NCBI GenBank assembly: GCA_047967505.1
Contig: CM106538.1
Direction: 5' to 3' (one strand)
DNA length: 64,000 bases
DNA from: Dipteris shenzhenensis
Lineage: Eukaryota
Both the position numbers and the translations under genes were made by a program. Each line of letters opens with the position of its first letter. Position 1 is the stretch's first letter. Below are positions 47,838 to 61,799 of this stretch, piece after piece. The notes under the pieces are model-generated. The model searched no databases. It was given only the letters and a program-made list of their open reading frames with translations, and had not been told where the DNA came from.

Positions 47838-49289
47838 CTGCAAGAAGCACGTAGTCGGCCCCGATTCGTGCAGTCGGTCGGATCGGCGTGTCTTCGTTGC
47901 CATGGCTAACTGCAAAATCGTTTTCATCGCCACATTTTAAGCATTTGCATTGGACTGCCATCTGCGAAATAATGACGGCACAAAATCAGGAACACCACTA
48001 TCAAGGGCACGCACTTGCACTTATGGACAGAATCCTGAAATGTGAGTTTAGATCTGGTCCAATGGAACGTTTAGATGTGAGGATGCAAGCTATGAAGCAT
48101 GCTGTACGCGAAGAGCGCACATGCGCTATCCTTGAATGATTTTTGCACTCATGCAAAATATCTGATTTTACGCGAATGCACATACTATGAAATAACGTCA
48201 GCATTTAACGCCGATAGACAAACTAAGAAGAAAGTTTTCAATAAATAAACTTTCCATTACAAAACAAGTAAAAGTCATGTAAGTTCATTATAAGCATTGC
48301 CTTCCAAAATAGAATACAATGAACTAATGTGGGACCATGCACAAAAGGAGCGAACTATAGCTTCGGACACAATTCTAATTGCATGCTCTATGTCTTCCAT
48401 GGGTCTCATAGCCAGATTCTTACCACATCTTTTCTCTCCTCCAAATTCTGCATACTTTCATGCCTCGTCTTCTCTCCTTGGCATTCTTCTACATCATTTT
48501 TCCTTGTGCATGCCTTCTCATGTGTTTGAGAAGTTTCAATTTAGTCGTGGCATGATGAGCCTCGCCAAAAGCCAATGTATCTTCCAAAAATAGATCATCT
48601 CAATGATGTCCACCTAGCATCTATACTTCTATTCGTCGCTACATATAGAATTCCTTCAATGTTACATGCCATCGTGGCTCATGTTCAAGTCACTTATTTC
48701 TCGTCTCTTCTTGCTCCTTCCTATAAACATACCGTATTAGTAATTTTGGGAAAATCTTGATATTTTGGGAAAATGAAATTGGGAGAGTGAACCTTACACT
48801 CTCCCATTTTTGGATCCCTTCCTCATACTCTTCTCATCTTTCTAACCCATCTTCATCTTGCCATCAACCACAATGGATCTCTTGTTTCATACATAGTCAC
48901 ATTGTGGATCTTTGGTTTGTTGCTATGTCCATTGTTTCATTAATTTTGGGAATCAGTTGTTGCATCTATAGTGTCTCTTAGACTACGAATGTCAAATTCT
49001 TTTTTTTTTTTGTTATCTAGATTGATTATTTTAGAGTGTTTTATTAATTTTGGGAAGGATGCATATGACTTTCTTTATCTCATTGATGTCATTTTAATGA
49101 GAAAATAAGTGAGATGTTTCATTGACTTTGGGAAAGAAGTATTTGTTGTGTAAACTCAAAAATCTTGTTCCATTGCAACATGATTGCACAAGCCACCTAT
49201 AATAACTCACCTTAAATTATTTAGTATTTGACAATGAAAACTTGAAAAACATTCCAATGCACAATGAAAACCTCAAATTTTACGTTGCA

Positions 49290-51300
49290 ATGGCAACAAC
49301 ATTCGCTACAAAATGGGGTATTTTTGCCTATATAGTCATGCCCTTCGGCCTTTGTAATCCCTGGCCATATTCCAGCCATTTTTGAATAAGTTTTTACAGG
49401 TATTCTAGGACAATTTGTGCACCCACTCTAACCAAAAAGACCACTTCAAATGTCTTGAAGCAGTACTAATCAAGTGTAGGGAGTATGGCATCTCCCTAAA
49501 TCCAATAAAATGCAGATTCATCGTCACCCACGGAGTTGTTTTGGGACACATCATTTCTCAACATGGGACTGCAACTGATATGGACAAAATCAAAATCATC
49601 ATGGAATTGTCTCCTACAAATTCCAAGGGCGTACATGTCTTTATGGGACATGCTGGTTATTATCGAAGATTTATCTTACGGTATGTCATGATAGCCAGAG
49701 CACTTTACAAATTATTAGTGGAATTCTTATGGATAGAGGAGTGCGACCAAGCCTTTAAGCTTTTAAAGTGGCACCTAATCACAACACTCATCCTTATATC
49801 TCCCAATTGGGATATTGATTTTCATGTTCATATTGATGGATCCAAGTATGCAATTGGGAATGTGCTTTGTCAACCTGGTGAACATAAGAAAGACTACCCA
49901 TTCTACTTTGCCAGTCGATAACTCAATGATGCGGAGATCAACTATACCACCATAGAAAGAGAACCCCTAACAATTGTGTATACTGTTAAGAAATTTTGGC
50001 ACGATCTGTTGGCAAATGATTTTGTCTTCTACACTGACCATCAAGCATTGCTTTATCTTGTGAACCGTCCGTGTATAATAGGAAGAATAATCAGATGGCA
50101 CCTCTTGCTTCAAGAATTCAACTTCAAAATAGTGGTCCACAAAGGTGCCCAACACTACATTACCGATCACATGTCTCATGTCAAGTCAGGAGAAGAAGCC
50201 ACTGGAGTAGAAGATGACTTGCCAAATACCACACTATTTCAAATAGATGTTGTTCCAAATTAGTGTGGACATATCATTGGGTACTTAATGGTAGGAAGGC
50301 CACCCCCTGAAATGAAAGCAGTGGATGCCAAAAAACTAATTTTAAAAGCTGCACCCTATCAAGTCATTGCAAGACAACTGTACAAGATGGGCAAGGACTA
50401 GGTTTTAACAAGATGTGTAATGCCTCATGAGATCATGCCAATCTTGAGTGAATTCCATGAAGGCATTGCAAGAGGACACTTCCAAGGGGAAGCCACTACA
50501 AGAAAATTCATCCTCACAGGCTACTGGTGGTCAACACTTTGGGCAGACATACCAAGGGAAAGCCATAGCAAGAAAATTCCTCCCCATAGGCTACTGGTGG
50601 CCAACACTTTGGGAAGATGCCTATGAATATGTCAAAGGCTGTGATGTATGCCAATGGACTATTAAACTTCAACACAAAGACTTCAATCCCCTAACAACAA
50701 TTGTTGCACAAAAACCATTTGAAAAACGGGGGATTGACTATGTGGGTCCCATCCATCCAGCAGCAAAGGGAACACATGCATGCTACATCATTGTGGCCAC
50801 TGATTACTTTAATAAATGGGCTAAAGATAAAGCAATCAGAAAGGCAGATGCGAGAAGCACAACAAGATTCTTATACGAGAATGTGACCACCCGATTCGGA
50901 TGCCCCATCGAAACTGTGTCGGATAGAGGCACACATTTTGTCAATGAGGTAATCGAAGAACTCGTGTCTGGCTTTATGGTAATCCATCACCCTACTCTAT
51001 CAGTTGGAGAAGCATACAGAGACCAGATTAGTCGCCTACCATGCCATGATAACATAAAAACAAAAAAGAAAGGCATGGTTTAACAGGAATCTTAAAGCCA
51101 AAGACATCAAGGAAGGTGACTTGTCTTGTTATACAATGCCAAAGTACACAAGGGAAAACTCAAGTATCTAGGTCAAGGACCCTACCGAGTCAAAAAGATA
51201 AATCCCATTGGTGCTGCACTGCTAGAAACATTGGATGGAGTCCAATTCAAGACAATAATAAATGGGAGCCGACTAAAGTGCTAATACTTCAACACACAAG
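49290..51300 (+). mobile_element. Ty3/gypsy pol remnant (RT, RNaseH, integrase)
   Basis: VMPFGLCN, GVVLGHIIS, FMGHAGYYRRFI, HIDGSKYAIG, YTDHQAL, GYWWPTL..CDVCQ, GIDYVGP and VSDRGTHF, in gypsy domain order. Frameshifts are present and no LTRs were found. Confidence 0.92.
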
Positions 51301-51849
51301 CCATCCCTAACAAAAATATAGGTAGCCTGAACCGATGTCAACCTAGGTCTTAGAAGTGATGCCTGAGTCCTAGCTACCCTATGAAATCACAACAACAAAA
51401 AGTTAGTCCCTACCTAGATACTAGGTCGCATGCACTCACACGCTTTTGCTTAGACACATAGTCGATTGCATGACTAATTGTGCCCTAAGTACAAAAATTC
51501 GAATTCATGATTCAAAAAAATCAAGAAAATCGCTCGAATGATTTGAATGGAAGAAGAAATCGGTTTAAAAAACGGTGACACGTCACATTTTTTATATAAA
51601 ACACCACATCATCCCCACATATTCATACGATTAACTTTTATTCATACAAATAGGTATTCGTACAAATATACTTGTATTAGGATGAATACGTTCCTACGTT
51701 TTTGCATATAACCTCAATGTTTGCCTATGTCTCTTATCTCATGCTTGGTTCCCCAGCCGAGCATAAGAGATCAAAAAAGGAAAAGAAGAAGAAAGGTCCT
51801 CAAGGTTGTGAAAGCAATCTAGAAGGTCCGAAATAAGATGGATTTTTTG

Positions 51850-52606
51850 TTAGGGAGCTTTAGGATCTCATTTTGAGTTCCTGAGATCTCGTGAGGATTT
51901 TGGTTTCGGTCTTTGTTCTTTTGTTTGTGAGAGTTCTAGGTTCTCTTTAATGAGTTCCTTCGATCTCTTGTGATAAAAATATTTTAGAAATTTATGTGTT
52001 AGAAATTTGTTTGTGGGAGTTCTAGGATCTCCTTGTTGAGTTCCTTAGATCTCTTGTGAGATAAATTTATTTGTGAGAGTTTGAGGATCTCCTTGTTGAG
52101 TTCCTTAGATCTCTTGTAAGAACTATGCTTGTTTTTGTGTCTATGAAATTTGTTTGTGGGAGTTCTAAGATCTCCTTGTTGAGTTTCCTAGATGTGAATA
52201 TTTGTTTGTGGGAGTTCTAAGATCTCCTTGTTGAGTTTCTTAGATCTCGTGTGAATAGATTTTTGTATGTGGGAGTTCTAGGATCTCCTTGGTGAGTTCC
52301 TTAGATCTCTTGTGAAATGGGCTTGTTTTTGTGTCTATAAAATTTGTTTGTGGGAGTTCTAGGATCTCCTTGTTGAGTTCCTTAGATCTCTTGTGAAGAT
52401 TTTTGTATGTGGGAGTTCTAGGATCTCCTTGTTGAGTTCCTTAGATCTCTTATGAGAAATGGGCTTGTTTTCGTGTCTATGAAATTATGAAATTTGTTTG
52501 TGGGAGTTCTAAGATCTGCTTGTTGAGTTCCTTAGATCTCTTGTGAGAATTTTTGTATGTGGGATTTCTAGGATCTCCTCGTTGAGTTTCCTAGACCTCA
52601 TGTGAG
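51850..52606. repeat. Tandem array of about 11 copies of a roughly 47-bp unit with short T-rich spacers
   Basis: Unit gtgggagttctaggatctccttgttgagttccttagatctcttgtga, itself a dimer of about 23 bp. Confidence 0.9.
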
Positions 52607-52934
52607 AAATATGATTTTATTTTGTGTTTGTATTCTCACACTTTCTTTGAATGAATATGTAATATTCTTTCAATAGAATGTGAAAGAATACAAAGAGTTT
52701 TAAAGTGTATAAAAAAAAAAAAATTTTAAAAGTTATTAGAAGAGTATTCTCATTCTTACACTTTCTTTTGAATGAATATTTAATATTCTTTCAATAGAAT
52801 GTGAATCATTTTAAAAGAGCGTGATTGAATGACAATTAATATATTGCATGCTTGAACGTGTTTTTCAAAGGATATGTGTTGTTTTTTTATAAAATGTGTA
52901 TTGCAATATGTTTCTATTGTATTATGTGCTAGAC

Positions 52935-53618
52935 TAGGATTTATTTTGCCAGATTATAATAAAATGCATACGGATCATTTTGATAGAGTCAAACAAACTG
53001 TGCTGGATTGCTTGAAAAAAAAGATATTGGACTTTATTCCTACATATGGGTGCACTCTTGCATTTGATGGATGGACTAGCAAGTAGGCCAGACCCTTCAT
53101 AAATGTAATGCACATTACTCCCAAGGGAACTATGTTTTTTAAGAGTATTGATACGTCTCTAAAAGAAAAAACTTTGGCATATATTGTAAAAATATACAAA
53201 AGAGCAATTCGCAAAGTTGGTGGCAGTGAGAATGTTACTGCATTAGTAACAGATAATGCATCGAATTACAAGACCACAAGTGAGATGGTCATGGCAAAGT
53301 ATCCCACTCTAACATGGGTGCCATGTGGCACTCATACTCTCAACTTATTGTTGAAGGATATTGGACAATTGCCATTTGTGCAACCAGTACTACAAGATGC
53401 TAATGCCGTAGTGATTTTTATAAAGAGTCATCAATACTTGCATGCAATACTCAGAGAGCACTCTATGAAGCAACTCGGGCAATTTTGTCAAACTAGATTT
53501 GCCACTTCTTTTCTAGTTCTTGCTAGATTGTTAGAAGTGCGTCAAGCTTTAGTCAAGACTGTTGCTAATAGACAATGGGCGAATTGGCTAGAGAAAAAGA
53601 CGCAGTACGAATACCAGG
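52935..53618 (+). pseudogene. hAT transposase fragment (DUF659-type core)
   Basis: GCTLAFDGWTSK*ARPFINV, FFKSIDTS, VTDNASNY, WVPCGTHTLNLLLKDIG (CxxH) and TRFATSF. One stop, and truncated where it meets the copia gag. Confidence 0.88.
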
Positions 53619-55300
53619 CCATTGCATCATCTGTAGTGATTGGAGAGTTGATCGAAGCAAGTTGAGTCATGAGACTCCGCATATAATTGACATGGGCAGC
53701 CAAAGGAGTGCCACTAGCCATCTTCAATTCAAAGAAAGCAATCTTAAGTGACAATTTTGAGATGTGAGAGCTAGCACCAAAAATAATGTCAAGCTTCTGC
53801 CAAGCTTCAGAAGGAGACTCCAAATCAGAAATGTGATGAATATAGTCATCTCCTAAGCCAAGGGCAATGATGCCATAGGCTTTCTCCTCTCTAGCAAGAT
53901 CTCTTGCCGGATGTGTCAAAGCTGAGGATTCTCTAGCATTAGAGGCTATTGAAGAAGTAGTTGAAGCAGGTTTGACAAGCCCCCAGAGGTTTTCCCTCAT
54001 CAATGCAAACTTAATCTTCATCTGCCATGTGTGAAATCCTTTACCATTAAACTTATCCATATTCAAGATGGTAGCCATGAGAGGGTCTAACCCAAAATGG
54101 GTAGTGTCTACTCTCTTACAAGGCTAGAAAGAGTTGAAGAGCTTCAAAATACAAGCATTTAGAGTAGCAAAGACTTGTAACCAAATTCCATACTACAAAA
54201 CATGATGGAAATGATGCTTTCACTTGCATGCTTCATAGAGGTGGCTAAATGAAAGCATTCCAGGCAAATCCAGGTGTAGCAACTTAAAGCAAAGCTGTAG
54301 CGGTAGTTGTACTGAAGCTATTCAACACTTTAAAACATCAGAATTGCTAAAGTAGCATCTAATGTAGCATCAAACTCACAACATTGTCAAAACTGTCCAA
54401 AACAGAGACCAGAACTTGGAGGGTGCAATTCTCACAGCTCATAGCTCTATTCAAGGGGATTTTTATGCAGGAAGAAGGGCCTTATACCAGAGAAGGTCTA
54501 CCAGCAAGGAGGGGTGCAATGTTGCGTCAGGTCGCCATAGCCAAGCTTGAGAAAACCAACTGGTTTTTCGTCTGTTACGCCTCCGTTCCTTGTCCAAATG
54601 AGCTCAGATTTTAGCAACAGCTTGCCCTCAGTGTCGTCTAGCATGAGCTTAGAGGAATTTGCAGATAGGTAGGTACAGAGGTAGAATTGCACGAAAGTTT
54701 ATCGAGGAGTGTGTGTTGGCATTGCGCATACAGACAAAATTTCCCTAAATGCTTGCAGCTGGAAGTTTTCCCATACGTGAGGAGTTTGCAGCTCAAAGGA
54801 TTTGTGCAATGGTCATTTGTAGGTAGAGAACAGAGCTCTCAAAGATTTGGGGAAGGAGAAGGAAAATGGAGAAGATGAGTAACTAGTAGTTTATGCCAGA
54901 GATAGCATCTAATGCTAGGCTAGGCTAGATCTAGAACCTAAAGCTCTCATACCATTTTTAGGATCCCGTAGAATAGAATAGATGTATCTTGCAAGAGGTG
55001 TGAGAGCACAATGAAAGAAAGATGGTAGATCTCTATTATGATTGTGAGAGAGAGGAGACTCTCTTATTGAAAAGGGGAGAAGGTAATACCTTCCCTACAT
55101 AGTGGCAATCAGCCCCTACATCAGTGGGAATCAATCCCTACATCAGTGGGATTGCCTTTGTCTTACATCATCACTTAGGTCACACACTAGACACATCATA
55201 GCACTTGATGTGCCTTTACAACACACACAAACACACATGTGACTCCCCTAGATGCAAACATGCACCATAGAGCAAGCCCTTGATCATACTTACCCCAACA
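53616..55300 (-). mobile_element. Truncated copia element G (5' LTR, PBS, leader, gag N-terminal half)
   Basis: LTR about 54956-55300 (starts tgttgggg on the minus strand) and PBS 54943-54954. Gag from 54078 reads DKFNGKGFHTWQMKIK...AWQKL. Confidence 0.82.
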
Positions 55301-55711
55301 TATGATAGGTGATAGAAGCGGTGGATGAAGCTCTAATTATATCGGATATAATGTTGTATGTGAGGGGATGGATGGGAGAATATGTCAAGCGATGGAAGAG
55401 CGCATATGCTCATATCCATCTCGTCTCCTTTTGTACTTGAAAGCTAGAACCTTGTGGGCTACAAGCGATGTGTTGTAATTATTGAGATTGTGGATGATTT
55501 TGGTATACATAATAGTAGAGACAACCTTGTGACTTGCAAATACTTTCAAGGCAACATCAGAAAGTTGGAAAGAATAATTGAATATGCGCAATCGAAGTTT
55601 ATATTTTCAAGTCTCAAGGGTTGATCTAGCTATTATGTGCACTAATTCACGTCGATATATTTTAATATTTCTGCATTAACTTTACAAGTCCACCTAATCC
55701 ATAGAAAATGA

Positions 55712-56230
55712 CTTAAATCACTCATATCACTTAGATCACTTTAATCACTTAGTCCACTTAAATCACTTCAGTCACTTAAATCACCTGGTCCACTTAGATC
55801 ACTTATACCACTTAAATCACTTAGTCCACTTAAATCACTTATACCACTTAATTCACTTAGATCACTTAAATCACTTAGTCCACTGAGAGTCCACTTAAAT
55901 CACTTAAGTCACTTAAATCACCTAGTCCACTTAGATCATTTATACCACTTAAATCACTTATACCACTTAATTCACTTAGATCACTTAAATCACTTAGTCC
56001 ACTTAAATCCTTAAGTCACTTAAATCACTTATACCACTTAGTTCACTTAGATCACTTAAATCACTTAGTCCACTTAAATCACTTAAGTCACTTAAGTTAC
56101 TTATATTACTTAGTCCACTTAAATCACCTAGTCTACTTAAGTCACTTAGTCCACTTAAGTCAATTAGTCCACTTCAATCACTTAAGTTACTTATATTACT
56201 TAGTCCTCTTGAATCACTTAACTCACTTAC
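55712..56230. repeat. Minisatellite with a 9-bp period (cacttaaat/cacttagtc/cacttagat)
   Basis: About 55 tandem CACTTA-nnn units. Confidence 0.92.
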
Positions 56231-56293
56231 TTGAACCATCATTGCAGAAGAAGAGTATTATAAAGTTATATATGAAGTTTACAATGTACATAA

Positions 56294-57195
56294 TTATGCA
56301 GTAAAATCCACATCTGCCGTTCCCTGAGTGCTTGGTCCTGCACCCTGCGAATCTATATTAATGAGGTCCTCAAAATAAAAAATATCGGTATTCTCAGCTA
56401 CATCCAAATCTCCAAAGTATTGTCTATAGTGTGCAAGCTCAGACTCCAACGTTTGTATGCATGCTTGCAGGTCCTCGATCTCTTTGGCTTGTGATGCAAC
56501 GCGATCTTGTAACTCCTCAGCAGTAACACCTTGTTGATAGAGACGTATGGCAAATGTGGCCAAGTCAATAAGATCACTGTGTGCTTGGGGAGTTAGCACA
56601 CAATGTCTCTGAGACACGGGCTCTCTGTTCTCTCTCCTTGCTCGATTGCGCTCTACAAGATGTCCCTTTCCTATTCCTGACAAGTGATGCTTGTCATTCC
56701 AATCCATGCATCGATGCAAGACGTCATAGACATACACCTATTGAATGAAATACATGGGTATTTGCTAATTGTTGGGGATGATTACTTCCACCTCTATGAA
56801 TCGTTGGAGAAGGATGTGGGCTAGGGTTTTGTGCTGCAAGTCTCACAACTTGGGCTATGCATATTTATTCCTAGCACTTCCTGAACAAAGAAACAAGGTG
56901 TTTCTTACGAACTGTAATGGACATAGTCTCTGTACTTGTCAAAGAGAGACCGGGTCGCCTTGCATGGTATCGTCATCCAATGGACCAGCAGTGAAAATAC
57001 ATAGCGCCTCTCTGCCCAGCATCTCTCTTTGTGCTTGTAAGATAGCCTAAGCCTCAGCATGATTTAGCTTGTCTACTAAATCAGCCTCTTGAGGCACAAA
57101 AGCACCTTGTGGGCCCTCTTAGACTAGAGGTTGCTTTGGTTGGGGAGGATCCTATGGGAGAATGTTCTCTAAGTTCTCTCCCTCCATGCCCATAC
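56294..57195 (-). pseudogene. Degenerate ORF of unknown function with a coiled-coil C-terminus
   Basis: ORF 56737-56294 (EELQDRVASQAKEIEDLQACIQTLESEL), with stop-interrupted coding-like sequence upstream to about 57195. Confidence 0.35.
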
Positions 57196-57649
57196 TTAGC
57201 CTAAAAAATGACAACAAGATAGAATTAATTTGTAACCACAACTAATATTAAATATTTAAACAATATTAAATAATTAAACAATATTAAACCTATACAAATA
57301 ATATTTAAATATTTATTGTCGCATCATAATTTGTCATATTTTAAAATTGGACCATCATTTTTATTGCAACATTCAGTTATATAAATAATATTTAAACATC
57401 AATTATTGCATCATTTATCATATTTGACAATTGGATCATCATTTTTATCGCATCATTTACTTATACAAACAATATTTAAACATTACTTATTGCATCATTT
57501 ATCATGTCACTGTAAATATACAAACTTGAACAATGGAGTGGATCCAAACTTGTATGATATATAAAACTAAAAATGTTACAAGTTCCATGATCGGTCACTC
57601 ATGTTACATTCTGTCCAAGAAAGACTCAGTCATTGGCTGGTCTAAGTCC

Positions 57650-59346
57650 TTGGTTTGCACTGAGCTATATACCACATCTTGGAGCAATGTCAAAAACCCC
57701 GCAAAAATCTACAGTACTTGGATGTCTATTCGGTTCGGCTGACTTTCCCTGAACCACAAATCATTGTAGATGCTCGATTAGAGCTTCTGTGGGTCCCGTA
57801 CTTGGCAATGGTGCACAAATGTCCAAGATTTTCAGGATGTGATGAGTAATGCGGGATAGTGCTTTTTAGTGCTGCATGGGGTCATCATTCCCCAATCACA
57901 AATGCCCAGATACACCTCCTCGGATGACTCCAAGAAGTGTAGCATAATGTTTTGCGCATGCAAATAATTATGCAAGACATTGTGTTGGTGCATGTAATGA
58001 ATATTAGTGCGAACTAGTGCACTTAAAATATCAAATACATGCTGATAGACCCATGGAGCTCTAGCAGGCATTTCTACATCATCTCTGTGAAACACTGGAG
58101 ATGGTCATTTTCCATCATGTCCGAGGTAGGTTAGCCATCTTTCCAAATGATTTCCATTCCAGAATGGAAATAGTGTCATTGGGTTATCGTCATGGACTAG
58201 ATCTATTGCTCGAATGATGCCCATATGTATGACATTGCCCAAGCATGTGGCTTCTTCCAATGCTCTGCCTTCAATGCATCAATGGGCACAGAAACCCTCA
58301 GCACCTTACATGCATAAATCTTGTGCGGATCAAAGGGAGCGACAAGAATATTACACATGTTGACTATTCCTTTCGTGCCTGTGCCCACACTTGCACTAGT
58401 AGGCGTGAATTGGATGTCTCTCGCTGAAGTAGTATGGGCCGCATGGGTCTTGGCACTGCTACATGATCATGCAAGCCATGTGATGTGCATGGTGCTTGTG
58501 CAGGCAAGAATGAAGGAGATGGGAATGTATCTGCTTGTGCAGATAGATTGTGCATTTATGGTGCAGGTGAAAATGTGGGAGATGGAAACTGGTCTGCACG
58601 TGCAGTAGGACGCACAAAAGATGTGGGGAAATGTGATCATGCATGTGGTGGGAGATGTGAAAAAGGAGGAGGAACTTCTTCTAGATATGAAAGATCTTGG
58701 AAAAAAGGGATACGGGGGAAAGACATGTTGTGGTCGATGCACTGGTGCATACACGTGGTGTGGTTGCAGTGGTGCTTGTGGCTGTGTTGTGTGGAATGCG
58801 ACATATGATTGGGGACGTGGGTGCATTGGTGCTTGTGGTTGTGGTGGATGTAATGCAGCATCCGACTGGGGGCGCGGGTGCATTGATGCTTGTGGTTGCG
58901 GCTGTGCTTGGGGGCATGGGTGCATTGATCGAAGGGAGGTCGAGCGAGGCAGGTCCTTTGCCTTTGTAACCTCACCATGCATTCTTGATGTACGTGACCC
59001 TGTCATTTATAGCAGGACCATCCCACTTTGTGTCACATGAGTTTATGTCTCAATCTATTTGACCGAGGCATCGTCGACCCTCCATCGCTAAGTGGTACAA
59101 ATACTGGTCTATAGACTCTACTGTGAAAACATCTGGAAATCGATCACGCAAGGTCCTCCCTCCATGCTTTGCCATTGTCCTCACCAAATTTTGTACACTG
59201 CTTTCACCATTTTGGAAAGCTGTCTCAATGATGTCCTGATCGACATTCATTAAGAAGTGTACATTCTCGTTTTTTAGCACCTTCCTCTGAAACTTAGTGA
59301 GATCAAGTTGCTGACACTTCCTCTTCTCACCTGCGTGAGCCATCTC
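57650..59346 (-). pseudogene. Protein kinase-domain pseudogene with an N-terminal domain and a P/T/S-rich linker
   Basis: Gly loop VGTGTKGIV, YACK (VAIK-like), FPFWNGNHL, HYMHQHNVLHNYLHAQNIML (catalytic loop with D changed to Y) and ICDWG (DFG-like). Upstream are ORF MAHAGEKRK.. and a low-complexity linker. Multiple stops and frameshifts. Confidence 0.7.
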
Positions 59347-59931
59347 ATATGCAGTAAGCTGCAACACAGAATTCAAAAAAGAATTCAATGCCAGGTGCAA
59401 TAAGAAACTCATTAAGCCATAATAATTAACAATGCAACCAGTCTAAGAAATTACCTAGGTATAACCTCTCAACTCAATCTCATATTAGGGGAGAATCGGG
59501 GTCTCAAAAGGGCCTCCAATTAGTGTTTCCTAATTTCAAGGGATTAGAGAGTGATTTGAGGTATACCAATGAGAGTGCTAGAAGGTGTGGGGCAATGGTA
59601 TGTTGAGGTGGAGGGTGGGCAAGCCTACAGAGAGCCCCTATTGGTTGCTCCCCTTAGACTAGGGACCACACCCAAACCATCCCCCCCTCTTAACCCATGT
59701 TTGACCCTCCAACCAGGTGCACCTCCCCAACATGAGCCCAAAACTACCTTCAATGGGATGGTAGGCCCCCCTTGTGGTAAATTTTTCTTCTCCCCTTCCT
59801 CTTTCTAGGACCTCTGCCCCCCACTATTCTGGTCTAGCCTGCCAAATCACTCAGATTTGAACCAAATCCCACGCATTTTCCCTCTTCCCCCTCTTTCTCT
59901 ACTCCCTCTTGCTCTAGCCTACTTGTTGTAG

Positions 59932-59933
<2 letters not shown>

Positions 59934-59977
<44 letters not shown>

Positions 59978-60160
59978 CTCTCCCTCTCCTGTGCCTCTAT
60001 TGGAGCTGCTCTATCCCTCTTCTTCTCCCTCTTTTGTGCCTCTGTTGCTGTTGCTCTATCCCTCTCCTTCTCCCTCTCCTGTGCCTCTCCTTCTCCCTCT
60101 CCTGTGCCTTTGTTGCTGCTGCTCTGTCCCTCTCCGTCTCCCTCTTTTGTGCCTTTGTTG
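59934..60160 (+). repeat. (CT)n microsatellite and CT-rich short repeats
   Basis: About (ct)20 at 59935-59975, then repeated ctgtgcctct blocks. Confidence 0.9.
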
Positions 60161-60215
60161 GAGCTACATTGCCTTGTGTAGGAGTCCCATTCTTGCTGTT
60201 GCATCCTCTGCAAGC

Positions 60216-61500
60216 ATGGTGAGGAGAAAGGCTACAAGACCACGCAATGTTGTGACCTCTTGTGTCTTCCACAACACCATAAATGCATTGGATGAGTGGA
60301 TCCCTTGCACCTAAAGCTTAAATGACTAGATAGTGATGAAGGGATCAGCAAAAGGTCCACATAAGCTTCCCAAGAGCAAGAGAGGTGACATCTTGCATGA
60401 GCGGAAGGGGTGCATCTTAAGTTCAAGTTTGGGAAGAAAGGATGCCTCGCAAAAGTGCAACATGTTCACATGGGAAAAGATATGCGGCTTTCTCCATCAT
60501 TCAATCAATCTAGGATGCAATCACACTGTGAGCCTTTCTATCTATGTACCTTTTTCACCTGTAAGTATAATGAGTCCATTTGGCAATTTTGTGTTTGGTT
60601 TCCAAGAGCTCTTATTCATGGTGGCAGATGTTTTCCCTTCGGACCTCGAGGAGTGGGAACCAGTTGAATCATTCATAGGCAAGTTCACTGCAATTCATGA
60701 GGATTTAGGTAAGAAAATGCATGCCGGGGAGAAGTTGGCCTCCTTGTGAATGAAGAATTTGTATTGGTAAAATGCAACATACATCACTCCAACGACATCA
60801 TCAAGCTATGGCCATCTGCAAACCATTGCACCACCACAACTTCAAGACATGGATTGCAGCAATGTGGACTCGAGGACATTGCAATCATACAAGGACAAGA
60901 TTGCAAAGGATGTGGGCATGGCCATGAAGTTTACATTTGGATCTAAATGGGCAAGGTCATCTTGGTTTATGCCTCTGCACATTTTTGCTTCTTTATTTTA
61001 GAATATACATATGCATAGAACAAAAACTATGTGGTCCTGCAAGCATGTAGATGAAAATGCTCTTGAAGATTTACTTGGGATGAATTGGGGAACCAAGTCA
61101 GGTGACCAAAAGGGTGATGTGTTTCAATGTCACGCATGTAAAGACAATGTGGTTATTAGATACCATTTGTCACGCCAAATGTTGTATTTAGCTTTTCAGT
61201 ACACGTGTTGGAAGAAAACAAATGGCCGGTGGCTTCCCCTAGACTCTTATGATGAAGACAATACAGGGGTAAGTTTGTCTATTGATGTTGAAGAGGGAGA
61301 TGTCAAGAATGTGAATGTCACATCGCAATGGACTCTAAGGGATGTGTGAGAACACCTATTGGTCATGGAGGACAGCGTGTCAGAGTCCTTCTACTTTACC
61401 TTAAATGGTGGTAAGTACAGCCGCCGTGTGGAGAAGTGCATGCATAGTGCCAATTTCATTCCTCCTGCAACTTTGAAGATTGCTAACGATGTGTTTGACT
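60216..61500 (+). pseudogene. Degenerate, probably spliced gene of unknown function, divergent from the kinase pseudogene
   Basis: A chain of plus-strand ORF pieces (60216-60314, 60333-60749, 60746-60946, 61011-61349) with candidate introns (gtaagt at about 60561 to ccaag; tttag at about 61001), after a CT-rich leader. Confidence 0.35.
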
Positions 61501-61799
61501 AGGTCTATAACTTCCACCAGAAAACTGATATCAAAAATTAAAGTACATACAGGGATGTGCTTGAAGTGAGCTTCGTACTGATATAAGTTTCGATAACCGG
61601 TTGAAGAGATATGGATAGTTTACTGAAAGGGGATAAAAACTGCCATAGAAATAAACAATCAAACACAAAGACTCATAACTTTTTGTTGTAGTATCTAATT
61701 CAAGGTCTAATAAAGACATGCGCCTTGAAGAGAGCTTCGCGCTAATATAATTTCATCAAAATTGAACTAACGAGCGAAAAGTTATGAGCAAAACACTAA

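Noticed and set aside
51850-52606. CRISPR array
   Set aside because: The spacers are short, T-rich and recurring, and the unit is an internal dimer, which fits an ordinary tandem repeat.
53542-53665. Genuine overlapping hAT and gag genes
   Set aside because: The overlap is read-through across a deletion junction near 53616 between two truncated elements.
58485-59040. Cys/Gly-rich metallothionein- or keratin-like plus-strand ORFs
   Set aside because: They are the antisense reading of the repetitive P/T/S linker of the minus-strand pseudogene.
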